DNA of 64,000 bases from Phoronis australis (Eukaryota; Animalia; Phoronida): assembly GCA_002633005.1 (NCBI GenBank), contig NMRA01000463.1, forward strand, positions 252,161 through 316,160. The letters run 5' to 3'. A model generated the notes under the pieces. The model did not search any database and was not told the origin of the DNA. It saw only the letters and a program-made list of their open reading frames with translations. A program made the translations under genes and the position numbers. This document shows positions 14,701 through 29,700 of this stretch, one piece after another (the stretch's first letter is position 1; each line of letters opens with the position of its first letter).

Positions 14701-17700
14701 AAAGTAAATAAATAAAAAAAAACAGGAGGTGAAAAGCGTAAAATTACAATGACCTAAACTGTACAACCAAATGTCTTTGCCACTTTACTCCCGAAGTAAC
14801 TCCTTTTTAACAGGTATTGCGGAAGTTTCGCTAACTCCCCGGATGGCGCTCACACCTTCCTGGACCACAACTCTTCTGAGATGATGTTGATATTTAACTC
14901 CAAAAACACAGCTGCAGCTCGCAAGAAGGGATTCCGTTTCACTGCCAGACTCGCTCAAGCAAGTGGTAAGCCATTGATAAGGCAAAACTTACATTCGCAT
15001 GAGTATTGCTTGTGTAAATTACTTAAATTACCTGATTAGACTGGGCGTTAAAACTCAAAGATAGTTCCGTTTCATTGATCTTATGGAAGCAAATGGACAC
15101 AAGCTGAGAATAAGACATCGATTTTTTCATGTTTAAAGGTCCTTTCCATACAGTTAGGTCCGCCACTATCGAAACTTTTATGTTATCCTGGGCATAACCG
15201 AAAAGTTAAACACTGCTGTTCCCAACGGCTTCAGAGTAATTCAGAGCGGAAATTAGGGAAAGGTGACGCTACTACGGATGTTACCTTTTTCAAATATACC
15301 AGCACAATACATGTATTTTAGATTTTAACCCCTATATTACAGTATTTAACCATTTCCGAAGAGGCTAATTATTAAAACCAACTTGATTCTAGAGTAGGAT
15401 AACAGCTGATAAAAACAAAGGTGACTCGGAAGTTTTGATGTTACTGAAGTTTCGGTCAAATGAGATTTCGGTTCTTCATCAAACTTAACAGCGCAAGTTT
15501 ACTTTGGAGCTGAGAGGTGGAGTTGATAGCGAAGCGTCGAGACTGCCTTCATGTACATGTAGTGATATCCCGTAATGAATACAATCTGGATGTTAATATC
15601 AGCTTGTACACTGATGGAGAACGCTTCTTTGATATTAAGCTTGTCACAATTCTGCTGATTCTAGAGCAGTGAAACAACTCAATATAAAGCATTTTAACCT
15701 GTGGATGTTGAACGATATTTGTGTTTGGATGTCTGAGTAATCCTCATTGAAACGCTGCCATTTTACCAAAAATACTATGTTTACAGAATTTACCACACAG
15801 CCGCCTTCCACCACTACCTCACCTGGTAAGTACTTATTGGTCTAGTCATCTGTAAAAACTGAGCAGTCATACCACTTTTCAAAACAACGCATCGCCTGCA
15901 CAGAGCTCCTGGTTGAGACTAATGATAGCCTTTGTGTGCACGGTAATTCTAGTTGGAGGCAGACTTTAATTTGCCGACATATATGTAATGTAAGCCTTAA
16001 CGTATGTCCTGGAAAAAAAAACGATGCATGCACAAATTCCCACCCACATGCACACAGTTGACAATAGATTCCGGCGGAATGAGCAATGACTTTTATGCTT
16101 GTAAAAACATCTTCAAAAACGTTCCCTGCGTTCCGTGAACTCCACCAGCACACTTTCTGAGACAGGCACTCCTTACAATCGAATGGGTTGCTCAGGGAAA
16201 TTCATCTTCTATCCCAAAAGCGATAAATACGATGCCCCTTTTTTCAGTAAAGTGTCTTTGCATTATAAATTTCATGTAGATGGATGTACTGTACAAATTA
16301 TAGGCGAATAAAGTTTGTACATATTCAAAACGAATAAAAGCCATGTATAATTACATGTTATTACAAACATCCGTTCAGTGATTATTTCGACGAAAATGAT
16401 ATTCAAATGCAGAATCCAGGTTGCTATTACTGCGTGTCGTGGCATTTTAGTTTGCGTTCTTGCTAAATATCCTCATGAAAATGAATTGTCGAAATACTAT
16501 GCACCGAACTTGTTGCAGGTTAAGATCAGATTAAACATAACTGTGTGGTACACAGACGTTCTCTAGTACTATGCATAGTTGTATTACATTAAATTCAACC
16601 GATGTTACAATAGTCGTGTGCATTAAGAATTTACATTGTAAGCAGTACGCTGTAAACTACTGATCTAAATTTGACGTGTTTTGTAGCTCACCAGGGTTGA
16701 TTTGCGTAAGGCCCTGACCACACGACTCTGGAAACTTTTAAAAAAGCACACTTTACGCAGATACGCGTACATGTACAGTGATGCACTCAATGCATCTCCT
16801 AACCTGGTTAACCATTTAAAGTATCCTCAACAGTGGACTTTTTAAAAATCCGTGTTCAGTGTATTAGTGTCGCAAGGAGAAAATACTACTTTGTACTCAC
16901 AGTTACATGTACATGTAATGCGCTTTTGTGAATATTCCGAAAAGGAAACATCGACGCCGTAAACTTAAAATGCAAGAATAGCTGCGATTTCAAGGGGAAA
17001 CAATGCTGATTGATCGGGACGTGGCCAATATTACCAAACTCGTTACTTCTTCTCCTTTCTTTCTTTATTTGTACACATGGCCATCGGCACAAAGTACCAC
17101 AAACAAGCAAAAAAGATCATTCGAGTGCTATGCACACTAGTCAGTAATACACAAACTGTTCCGTTTTTTTAGATGCGTAATTTCAGTTGATCCATTATTG
17201 TTGTTTTATTTGCCTACATGTATTTATATTCTACATTTCGTGAAACAATAGCATCCTTGGAAGGATCTGGATCGCCTTATTTAGTTTCAGATTTATTTTT
17301 TTACGTTATTTAGATGCGTAGTATACATATTTCACGATTCAAAGACAGAATGTGAAGAAAACTCACGTCTTATTATTCAAAGCTGATTGGATTATTATCC
17401 CAAAATGTGCAGTTATCGGTCGCCTTCGAAATTCGAACTACTGATTTTACACAGCCGAGTGAACCTGTGGGACAGTGGCTCATGAAAACCAGGTTAATTT
17501 ATTTCACCCATTGCGGAGACCAACATGCATCGGCATACAATGTCGCAATAGCCTGACCATAGACTTCACATTGACCGGGCGCGCGTTCTACTGCAGGTGA
17601 TAACTTGAAGCCATATTGGGGAGATTTTCTAGTCACGTGACACGGCTAATCGCAAACGTGGCAAACTGGCCTTTTCAAAGCGTGGTATCTTACACTTAAA

Positions 17701-20700
17701 GAGACAGAAGTGTGTGTGATTTTTTCCAGAAACATAAAAAACATGTGATACAACACTTACATGCATTTTTAGAGTTAATCAGTCGATAGGGAAAATATCT
17801 AACTAATACATATAGAAGATCGCAACCAGTGACAGATTCTCGAATGGCCTGAGCGGCTGCACTCTTGTCAATCCACTGCGAGCGTTGTATTTTTTTTTTT
17901 CGTTTTTTTAAAGAAACCAGCGAGATCGCGCAAATTTATCATTTAATTTGTGTCGCTCGATATAAGTACATTATACTCAGGACACGTACCGCTCACCCGA
18001 GACGTACTTTCGTGATGCCCCAATAAGCCTTTTCAGTATTGAAAAATGACCTCTGGTAACTTTGTAAAATTACATGTAAAATATGATCCGGGTCGCTTTA
18101 AATAGGGTCTAAGTTTAATGAGAACTACTGTGAGAATGACCCCATTGGGGTCATTAAAATAAATGACAGGTTTTAAAGTTCATTATGGCGTTCCCCCGTC
18201 CAGTGACTTTACCATACGTACAACAGTTGTAGGCGTGATAACATTTAGCCCCTTTGCTTACTGTCGAGTGCAGTCTTTTGTCTGGTATCACAACATGCAG
18301 ATCAATTATCTACCAGGTTTACTTCCGATCACATGTGAACACAGTCAAACGCAGTGCGGTGGTACGTTCGAATAGAATACGTGTAGATAGCCTTAACTTC
18401 GATTGTAGTTAGGCTATTTTGGTTTTTCAAAAACTATCAGCTTAACTAAAAAGATTATTGTCACGGTGTGACAATAATGGACTCTGCGCGTGCGTATTAC
18501 AGGAATCATTATGGGAAGTTACTGACAGCAACCCGTTTACCAATATGAAAAGGAATTTATTAAAATTGTAGGAGAAATTACATGTTAATTTTTGTTGACC
18601 TTTCCACTAATTGACCTCTTCCGGTGCATTATGAGCCCCGACGAGGGAATAATTGTTAACCTGATTAAAAGTGTGGTTAATGCTAATAATCACATAATAA
18701 TCACAGATGTTTTACTTTATGCACTTCAGAATACAAGATGAATGAATTGGTCAAACTTTCAGAAGAAAAATGCACCTAATGACCTCATGGGTGCACCAAA
18801 TGACCTGAAAATTTAGAATTCAAACTCAATCGCACTTAGTAAACAGATATGTAATTCTGAAGTCTCTAGTTCAAAATTTTAGTTTGGACTCAATGACGTT
18901 TGACCTATTTTTTTCTGATTGGTTAGACCTATTGCGAAGTAAAGTAGGGTCTTCAATTGGCATGTTGACTTACATCAGTGTGCTGAACTTGAAAAGAATT
19001 CCTTGAAAAACGTAAGCGATATAACATTTTGAACGTTTCACAACCTTTGCACTAATTGACCTTATCTGGTGCATTTTAAGCATCATTAGGAGAATTATTG
19101 CAAAGTCCATGGAAAATGTGTTTAACGCTGAGAATCACAGTTGTCTAATGGTTGACACATCAGAATACTTGCTGATTGAAAAGGTCAAATTTTCAGAAGA
19201 AAAATGCACCTAATGACCCCATGTTTGCACTAAATAACCTGAAACTTTGTATTCCGATTTGATTTACCTGTGGCAATCACACCTGTCAATTTGAAAGGTT
19301 TAACTCAAAATTTTAGTTTGCACCTAATGACCTTTGACCTATTTCACCTAATTGGATGGCCTGATTACTTAGAAAAGTTAATTTTGAAATTGCCATATTG
19401 ACTTATACCTGTGCACCGAATTTGAAAAAGATAGCTTTAAAACTGAAGGAGGAGTAGCATTTTGAAAATTATATGACCTTTGCACCAAAGGACTTCTTCC
19501 GGTGCAATATGGAATATGATTATATAAACCAATCAAAATTTATATACTGTCAAAAGTCATATGCTGAATTTAAAGACCATACCTGCACCCAATTTGGAGT
19601 TTTTACGCCTCAAAGTTGGTCGGAATAAAAATAAGAAGAAGAATAAAAAGAATAAGAAGAATAAGAATAAGAATAAAATTGAAGAAAACCCAGGAACAAC
19701 AGTACTCTGCGCTTACGCGCGCAAAGTAATCAGTGTTTGATGGGGAACTCAGAAATGTCATTGGATTATGTTCAAACATCTCATAACTTATGTAAGCACC
19801 TATTTTTAACAGAACAACCCAGTGAAGCTATAAGATTCGATTTTATCGGAGATAAGAGCAATTATCGAACAAAAAAGAGTGCTGATCTTTTAATCCTAAT
19901 TATCAGTGTAAGATATTGGCAAAAGTGGTCTTCTGCCCAACGTTGTTGTGCAAAATCCACCTAACAAGTTAGACTCAACAGGAGAACGCCTTAAAATAAA
20001 AAGCAAAAAACACAAACCAAGTTCGTTTCCAGTGCATCGCTCGGGATTGCCAACGTACATGTACAAATACATGATTGTATTCCTCTCTCATGGATCGGAA
20101 GTCAACCGATCAAGAACCGGACACTGTTCGCGCTTTTTAGTATCCCCACAAAGTGTTATTACATGTAAGTGCTCACAAAGAGATCAGCTCCGCACCCACA
20201 CATTATTTCGAACATCTCCTATCCATGCCTGACCTTAATCTGATATACATGTACGTACTGCGTGTCCCTCAGACGAGAAATTTAAAATATTTTCTCTCAC
20301 GCGCGCTTGGTCTTCTCACGGTTTATAGTAAGAAAACTTGGCTTCGATCGCCGGGAAGATTCTTAACATGTGGCCAAGTATTTTAGATTAGTGTTCATGC
20401 AGTTTAGCAGTTAGATACAATGTATTATGTCCTGACATTGAGCAATGTGGTCGGCACTTGAGTCGGTTAAGTGGTCGCCTAGCGTAGACGACCAATTCGG
20501 ATTAAGCGTGTCCTTGGTGGGCATTTACCATTTTATGACTTAGCGGGTGAACTTTGGCCAAACAAACATTTAACTGTTTGCTGTCCGTTTACCAGTGGCA
20601 ACTCAGGTCTTGACATCGGTTTATCAACTTTTGTTCAACGCAAGCTTTGTGTTGAATTACTGACGGCGTGGTAAAATCAAACGTTGAGTGATATCGCGGA

Positions 20701-23700
20701 CGCTTAATTTCTGTCTCTTAGTATGAGACTGTTTATACAGTACATTATTCATAGAAACAAGCAAGAAATTTGAAATTTTACAGTAAAACTTCACGAACAT
20801 CAGAATACAACGCTGGCTGTTTTACGACCTCAAGTGCTTTCATGCCGCGGAATGCTCAACAAGCAGCACGCTTTCGCGCTCATCTGTTAATGCTCTTGAT
20901 CATCACTTCATCGCGCTGTATAATGCACTTTGCCACAGATAATTATTGTTTGTTTTGTATAATTTCTTAATATGTTGGTACAGCGTTATATTGAGCTCCT
21001 ACAGTGTACAGACCTCGAAATTGCACACAGCCCGAATAGTTAAGCTCGTCACCTTGTCGTGAAGCTGGTATCAACATGAGCTAAAGTCCGGCGGGTGTGC
21101 ATGCAAAATCTGGAACTCAATTGATATTCACCTTGCCCGTTACGGACGTGTAAGCAAAAAATATCCGACGTCATTTTCTTGCGTAATTGTCTGCATTGGT
21201 AACAAAGAAATGTATGTCGTCGAATTGAAAGTAGTACATTCGTGACACGCGCCAGAATTTTTTCGACATCTCCCATTAGATGATGGCAACATCGCAGCAA
21301 AATTTGTTCTAAAATTCGGTTTACTATTATCAAATTCCGAAAACATATAATAAAGTGAAACCAATTCTGATCATGTGTTGAGACGTTTACGCAACCTCGA
21401 GGGAGAACGTTTGGTTGAAGAATATGGGAAAAAGAAACTAGCTAATAAGTGACGCAATATTTCATTGCACTGAAAGTCGACGCAAAAGATCACACTACAA
21501 CTTTAGCAGCAGATAAAGCAATTTTTGCAACGCCGGTAGATAATTTAGATTATTCAAGGAAAATTATATTCGGTCAGTTTTTACCCACAACGGCGCAAAG
21601 TTGTATATTTAATTTAATAAACAGCTTCGCACCAAGGCCGAGCCCCATGATAAAATGTACATGCTAGGCTTGGAACCCCAGCTACTAGCACATATAGATA
21701 TTTAAATTGCGCTGGCTTTTAATTTGCATAAATTGCCGATTTATGCAGCTGTACACGTACACTGTAGCTCCAACGAATGCACTAATCTTGGAAAAATCAG
21801 CGGAAATATCAAAGTAATTTCAGTGTTGGGGCCTGGTAAAAAAGTTATCCCATATATTTTTTCTTGTTTATTCATTGCCTTGCTTATATAATGGAACTTG
21901 TGGTCTGTATTTTCAAGTGTTTGCTTTGAATGTTATATATGTCATTTTACCGATGTGTCATTACTTGTCACGTGACCAGGTCTTTCCAGCAAATTTAGCT
22001 AGCAGAGAAGAACGTTGATGGCAAAACATCAATAGTAATGGCATGATCAAATTTGATATCATGTAAATGCAGAAGTAATCTCAAGTACTTTGACTTCACT
22101 TGAAGTGTTTCAGTTGAAAATGCTAATAGCCTTGTGTTTCGAGGGACCAAATGTATATAGCAGACAATTTAACTGCACAAATTTAAAAGTTCTGCAATCT
22201 AAAGACATGTAAACCTGGACAAACAGGACATTTTGGCATCGTACTTTTTTATTTTCCAGCTGGTCAGATATCGTGCAGCTTTGACGAAGGTGACCTTTGT
22301 GGCTGGACACAAGCGACCAATGACGACTTTGACTGGACACCACATTCCGTAAGACGATTGTAACAACTAGGATACTTCCTGCTGTGATAAAATGAGCTTA
22401 GCAAAAAACAAAGAATACAGTGTTGATAGCTGACTTATTTTTGCAGAATGTTCGTTGTCTCTCAGTAGTGCTTGCATGCCTGAGACTTTCAGGAAATGTA
22501 CCGGCCATTTGCTCTTACTCTGAATGTACAACAAAGAAACAAAATACTCTAGTAACTCAGAAATTGCTTAAGATCTCTTCCGAAGCCATTTAAGTACTGA
22601 ACAGGTATCTCAGTTTATTCCTATGTGAACAGTTGCTGAGCATGTTTTCATTTTTGTGTGTATTTTGGTACTGTGCAAGTGATTTACATAGGCGTATGCA
22701 CTAACATGTGCATTTATTTATGAGTGTGTGCGTGCATGCATGTGCAGGCGTTGAACACGTAAACTTTCAAAGACAGCCACTAGTGCACCCATGCAGAAAT
22801 TTTAACTGCTCTCTCAGAAAAGGTTCAACTGTGAGTTTCAGTTATAGTTAGATTTTGGATAGAAGTACTGCTACATGTACGTCTGAAACAGTAAGCTATT
22901 CCAAATTTCAACTAATATGAGCTTAAGCCATGACCATCCGTGCGCTACAACTAAGCTCCTTGTTCTATTTCTAGGGTTCAACTCCAACCAGAGGCACTGG
23001 TCCTAGCGGTGGGGATAAGAATACGCGTTACATCTACACCGAAGTGTCTACAGTTTCCAACTACGCCAAAGCTACGATTTTCTCTAACTACTTTCCCGGT
23101 ACGGTGGCGGAGAACCTGGGAATACCTTCCTCTTGCCTTGCACAAATACATTAAACTAATATATTTGTATGTCTCACCCTATCAAGTTTAACTCGGAAAT
23201 CCCCCTCTCTTGGCGACAACTAACTGCTTTCCCCATCAAGATGTAAAAAACAATCTGTGAAATGAAGCATTACTAGTTTTGATGGGGTTTCCATCACTTT
23301 GAAAATGGGACCCGTGACAATATTACGTTTTGGTGGCCTTTTTGATCTGGTTGAATTCTATTTTTAAAGTTGTCTGGTGCATTGTTCAGGGCAGAGGAGA
23401 ATACTGAAATTATTGCTCACACCTTTGTAATCACCAACATGCAATTGCACTTGTTATCTCAAATGACTGGCTTTAGCACCTAGGAATCGTTCTTTCAATC
23501 TGTAAAATAATCGGGATCTTCCAATGTGTAATTTTCAAAAGAGAAATGATTTAAGTGCTTACGATTTTTTCCAGTTACCTTATCGTGCTCAAGAGTAACA
23601 GTATACATTGGTGCATTGTGACTAGAAATTTAAAATGAGGAATTCCATTTCTTGCAAAGAACCATTTGCAGGACATACAATTAGCACTTTAAGTCGGTTA

Positions 23701-26700
23701 TGTTAACTCACACCCTCAGTTTTTTTATAACTGAATAAAAATGTAGCTCTCAGCACATCACACTTTGACAATATGACAGGCTTATTTTCAGTTGAGTATT
23801 TTTTAATTAGTAGAATTGAGTTTGTACATTGGAAAATGAAATTGATTATTTTAAGAATTAGTGGTAACCGAGTTTATGAACGCATTTGTGATCCAGAGCC
23901 CGTTTCATGAATGTTTTCCTTATTATCAAAAGTTCACCGATGACGTCATCTAGACCGAGGTGCTTGCGGTTGTTATCTACTCTTGCAAAACCCCGTATGA
24001 TAATTGTGGCCTTAAGAACTTAAGTAGAAATTTCTGAGAGCAGCTACGGATGGTTCTACAACTACAGTTACAGATTTCTTGAAATTTTACGAGGGGCTAA
24101 CCCTGTAGATATGCACCAAGTCGCATTCATTATTCTCATGCAAGCTTCGTATTCGTATTTATGCTGGTTTTGCAAAAATGGCTTTTTGTCACTCGTTTCG
24201 ATAAAAAACTGTGAAACTTGCAAGACTATTGAGCCAGCTTAAAAATCGAAAAACTACGTTTGACTTATGTTGAATGTATCTGACCACAACGATCCAGAAA
24301 CACGTTTGTAGTAAGATAGACGTTTCGAAATTTCAGAATTTTGGCGAGTTTTCAACGGATTGATTTTCGCCATTTTCCGTAAGAAAGCAAGCAAAGGATA
24401 TAGCATATGTTAACATTAAACCAGTGTGATATACTAGTATTGTGATAGATTAGCATTGCAAGTCAAAGTTTGGTCATGTGCCCTCTTAGTGGTGAACATA
24501 AACTGACTAGGCTATGCTGTTTGGCTACTTGACTTCAGTGATTACACATCAGTTTTATGAAAAGACGCACTACAAACATCACTGTTTGAATATAAAAAGT
24601 GGTAAAGAAGGGCATTATTAATTTAGAGGGTTTTGGAACCATTGGAATCAAAAAAGAAGGTCTTGGTGCGAGTCATTCTCAACCCATGATAAATTCATTG
24701 TTTTTTCCGTAGTCTGGTAACAACATTCACTTCAAATGTTTATGATTGGGGAGTAGCGTGAAGCGTATGAGACAAGAGTGCAAGTGGTGATGCATGTACG
24801 ATGATTGTGGAGGTCCGGGGGCGACTTTGGTCGCTCAACAAACTACAAAACGGGATCATACTAAGACAGCGACATATGTTTGTATAACAGTGTTACTCAG
24901 ATCCACCCCTCAAATACACACCAGAGTGTAGCTCGTATGCAACTAGAAAACATGCAAATTCTACCTAAAGGTTGGGTAGGGGTTATGAAACGGTCTTTTA
25001 TTTTTGATTTTTGTAGGCCTTGTGTAGTTGTTTCAGCGATATTACATTTTAATCTAACTAACCGTTGGAAATGACTGCTTCAGCGGCTACTGTGTATGAA
25101 TCCTGACTGCATGTATTACGTTTGCCATTCATGATACGGATCTTTTAAATTAGTCTGCAACCAAATATCTGATTTATAATTCTCATTAAACCGTGCAAGT
25201 GAAAAATGTCCCTTTTTAATAAACGTCATGCTAGTATTTATTTAACAATAAGCATTCAGGTAATGGGCCTTATGCCTGCATTCAAATATTTGCAGGTAGG
25301 ACATTCTTTACAGAACAAATACCTTGCTGCAGAGATTCGTGATATGGCGAGGTGTTATTGTGAGAGCTGGCAATATGTAAACATGCTGGAGGATACAATT
25401 ATTAACCCCAATTACCTCGCTCTTTCTTAAATATCAATATGTAGAATTTTTTAGAAATTGTGCATCGTACATGTACATGAAGTTCGATTACGAATTATAT
25501 TATCTTGTGTAAAGCTAGCCAGTCGCCTTGAGAAGCCTACAATTGTCAGTTCATCAATTGATAATTTAATTTTGGGATGGTTGTTACTGTTTCCCTTCAA
25601 ATATGAACATACAGCACACATCACGAATTTTTGGCCGACCGGTCGGAAATTGGTCGACGACTAGCCGTCGACCGGTCGGCAAATTTGCCGACCGGTCGGC
25701 TAAAAATTAGCCGACCGGCAGCCGCCCGCAGTGCCGACTCATAAAGCGACTCCCCAGCCGACCGTTCAGCCGACCCTTCAGCCGACCGGCCATCAGCCGA
25801 CCAGCTGGTCGGCTGCTATTTTTAGGCTACAGTAGCAGTTGCGTAATAGGTTGTCAGGCTGATACCACTTTGCGTGTCGATGCATATTCGTCTTAGCACA
25901 GGGTCAAATAAATTAACCTAGTCCCACTGTCTCCGTTGCATGAGTTTACATCGGTTGTGTAACACCAATAATTCGAAGGTTGAAGGCCAGTGGTAATATT
26001 ATTAAATTATGGACAGTTCTACAAGTTTTGGTTAAAAGACGTGAATGTTTTCTTTACATTTGACCTTTAATTTCAATCGTGACGTTAACAAGCTGCATTA
26101 GATTGGCTGCTTCCTGGTCAATACAACTCTGTAGTCATTTTGTAAACGCAGCCAGTTTTGACACTCTTCGCCCATAATTGTTTTTTGTTTGTGATACGCA
26201 GTACTGCATCTTTTTGCGTTTTTAAAATTCTCCACGGTACTAGTATCACGTGCCCAAGATGATGGGATAGTGACTGAGTTGTTACACCGCAAAGAGCTCT
26301 CACTCCGGGGTTTTTATTTCCATATGATTAACCCTTGCCGTACAGAAGCAAACTTCACGGTCCAGAATGCCCTAAGCCCACGGACTTCGATGACTCTAAC
26401 TTCATCATAGGGTTACGATTTCCACGAACTTGGACAGTGACATCAAACACGGAATAGCCACTGTTGAGGCTACAACCAATTCTAGCTTTGCGCATTCCGT
26501 TTTTAGGGCATCGGTGACGTTAAAATCAGCGCTAGTTACATGTATCAGTTCTTCGTTCACGTTGTTCCAAAAATAAATATTTTCTGTCAANNNNNNNNNN
26601 NNNNNNNNNNNNNNNNNNNNNNNNNNNNNNNNNNNNNNNNNNNNNNNNNNNNNNNNNNNNNNNNNNNNNNNNNNNNNNNNNNNNNNNNNNNNNNNNNNNN

Positions 26701-29700
26701 NNNNNNNNNNNNNNNNNNNNNNNNNNNNNNNNNNNNNGTAGGTTGAGTCGATTTTAACACCTTTCAATAGTTGAACATAAGTTGATAAACCGATGTCAAG
26801 ACCGGAGTTGCCGCTGCTGAACGAACAGCGAACTGTTCAATGTTTGTTTGGCCAAAGTTCACCCGCTAAGTCATAAAATGGTAATTGCCGACCAACCGAA
26901 TTGGTCGTCTACTCTAGGCGACCATTTAGCCGACCCAAGTGCCGACCACAGAGGCGACTCAGCAGACGGCTCCTAGCCGACCGTTGTTGGTCGGCTGCTG
27001 GTCGGCTAGACGACCGGTCGACGGCCGGTCGTCGACCAATTTCCGACCGGTCGGCCAAAAATTCGTGATGTGTGCTGTACGCTTATGGGAAACCTTACGT
27101 TGAGTATGATGACAAATTCTAGCTAATTTTAAGTAGCAAACACGAGTGTGCTAAACACGGAGAGTTGTAGTAGCCATGGGGCTCCGTGGAATTCAGGTGA
27201 ATACATACATTTAAGCGAGGATAAGAAATTTATGATCATACTTTACGCAAGCATGTGTGTGCTGTTCATGCACTCTTCTTTACCAGCTAATCAATTGAAA
27301 CGTTCAATGTACGTCATACACCAGAGTGTGGTACATTCTTCACCTTCTTAACCAGCCAACAATTCCTCGAATCTTGTTATTTTCAGCTGGTGATTATTGT
27401 TTCTCGTTCAAATGGCACATGAAGGGTAAGGGCATTGGAAGTCTTACCCTGAGTATGGTGACGGAAAATGGTATAAAGACCACCCTGTTTCAAAAGTTTG
27501 GTCATCAAGGTAAACAGTGGCAATTATCCGAATTCGACGTTGTGGCGAGAAAAAACACTAAGGTAGGTAATATATTATGCAGGAAAGAAAGTCGACGTGT
27601 CAAACACGCGAATTTTTTTTTTTCTTCTCTAACAGTGACAACTACATTTATTAAGAGCAGCCCAGTTTCGAAGGCGTGCGATTCGAACATTTGCCATCGT
27701 CATTTAGCATGCAGCCCTTTCTTTTTTCTTTAGGCGTAATCCTCGAGCAAGCCCCTGTAATGAGATGTTGTAATCGGTGCACATTTTGTTTCATTACAAA
27801 ACGATATGCTTTCTTCGATTTGGAACCTCTTTGTTTGGCGACTAGGCCACGCACACAAGTGAGCATGGCTTAAAACTACTTCAGAAAGTAAACACAGGAG
27901 AGTGCCCGCGTGAACACGAATAGAGTGTCGTGGCCGTCTAGTGGGCCCATGTGGGGAATTGGCAGTTGTCTTGCTCACACTGATTTTCTTATCACCCTTT
28001 TCACTGAAAAAGACATAATGCATGCTGTTGCAAAGGATGTTTTCACGACTTTAGGAACCGCAGTTTTGCACCCCTTTATATTGTTTTCTTATATTGGTGA
28101 CGTCATATTCTACCTGGCGACCTGGGAATTCTGAGCTCGAATTTTACGAGTTAGCGCAATGACAAGCGTCAATACTTAATCTGGAATGAAGTGGATTTTC
28201 GATAACAATCATTGAGACCGCTGGAACTATTTTTGCCCTGCGCATGCAAGGGGAAAGTGCGTTCTGAGACCCGAAATCTGTGCCCAACAGTAGTCACGAC
28301 TGTCGTGCTGCTTCATCCCCGGTCACCGAAGTTCTCAATTTTAATGCACTACCATTTCCAGTAGGCCAACATTCGTCTCGGATTGTCTCCAAACGCAGTC
28401 ATCTATGGTCTAACTATTTATGTCGAGGGAGTTTAATCTTGTGAATTTGGGCATGTTTTTCAAAACCTTGTTTACATCTCATTCTGTTCATATTTCTAGG
28501 TCCAAACAAACCTGACTGTAATTTTAAGCTGTGCAAGAATAAAATTATCAATAATTTGGATTTGGGGACCGAAACAACCCACTTTCCTTGTGACAGAATT
28601 ATTGCTAAGGTGTCCCAATGGGCAATACTCTGATACGATGTGCCCGAATTTTAATAACCAGTTTGATGCTCGTTATTGAGTGGGGAGAATTCTGGCAAGT
28701 TATGTCAGACCATTACCCATAGGTCTTTCTTACTACAACGATTATTACACCAATAGATGCTGTGCCATGATGTTTTACGAGGTGCATGGGTAACCATAGG
28801 CTAAACCTTTATTCATTCCTAACTACTACTAACGCACTACTAACATACATGTACATGAACATCTGCTTTGCAATCAAATGGGGTTGAAAAAGCCAGATTT
28901 GTAGAAAAATTACACGTTTAGTCTATTATGGAAACATTTACGTGTATGCGATATACTGTGACTCTTATTTTAGAACTTACAGTTAACGATGGATGGTTTA
29001 TTTCAGCTTGTTATAACGGGAACTAAAGGTAAATCCTCGAAAAGCAACATCGCACTGGACACTTTTGTGATGAGACCGTATGCTTGCCCTAAGCTGCCTC
29101 TGTCATGTGACTTCGAGGATTTTACGCTTTGCAGTTTCGAGAACGATCCAAATGCGGACTACAATTGGATACCATGGCGTGTGAGTGGATTTGTAAGAAA
29201 ACGTGATGCTTGGCATCTCTTAAAGAGTAAAATCTTTGCTTCTGGAACGGAAGCAAAGCCTACATGTACACTGTATGTAGCTTTTAAAAATGGGAGGCCA
29301 AGTAAAGCGACAGGTTTTTCGAGGTAATTTTATTCGATGAACAATAAATAAGTAAACGAGTAAACCTTCGACCGATTACCGTACGCTGTGTCATGCTTAT
29401 TTGTCAATGAGACATCCAGAGAACATCTTTAGGTTGTGTCGTGTAATAGTAGCCTAGCGTAACGAATACAAATCGGCCGTGTGATGCATGTTCACGTAAG
29501 GCAATCACGTCAACCGTTCTTCACCCGTTGAGACCCTTAGCCATACATTTACGCGATGGCAACATGAAAACTACCATTCTGCTTCTCAGCAAAGTGGCCA
29601 ATTCCAACAGTGTGCGTACGCTCCGAAATATGTGTGCGCACGAAGTATTTTGACGAACATCCATCCTTTCGATATAAGTATCGCTGCCATTCTTTTATTA

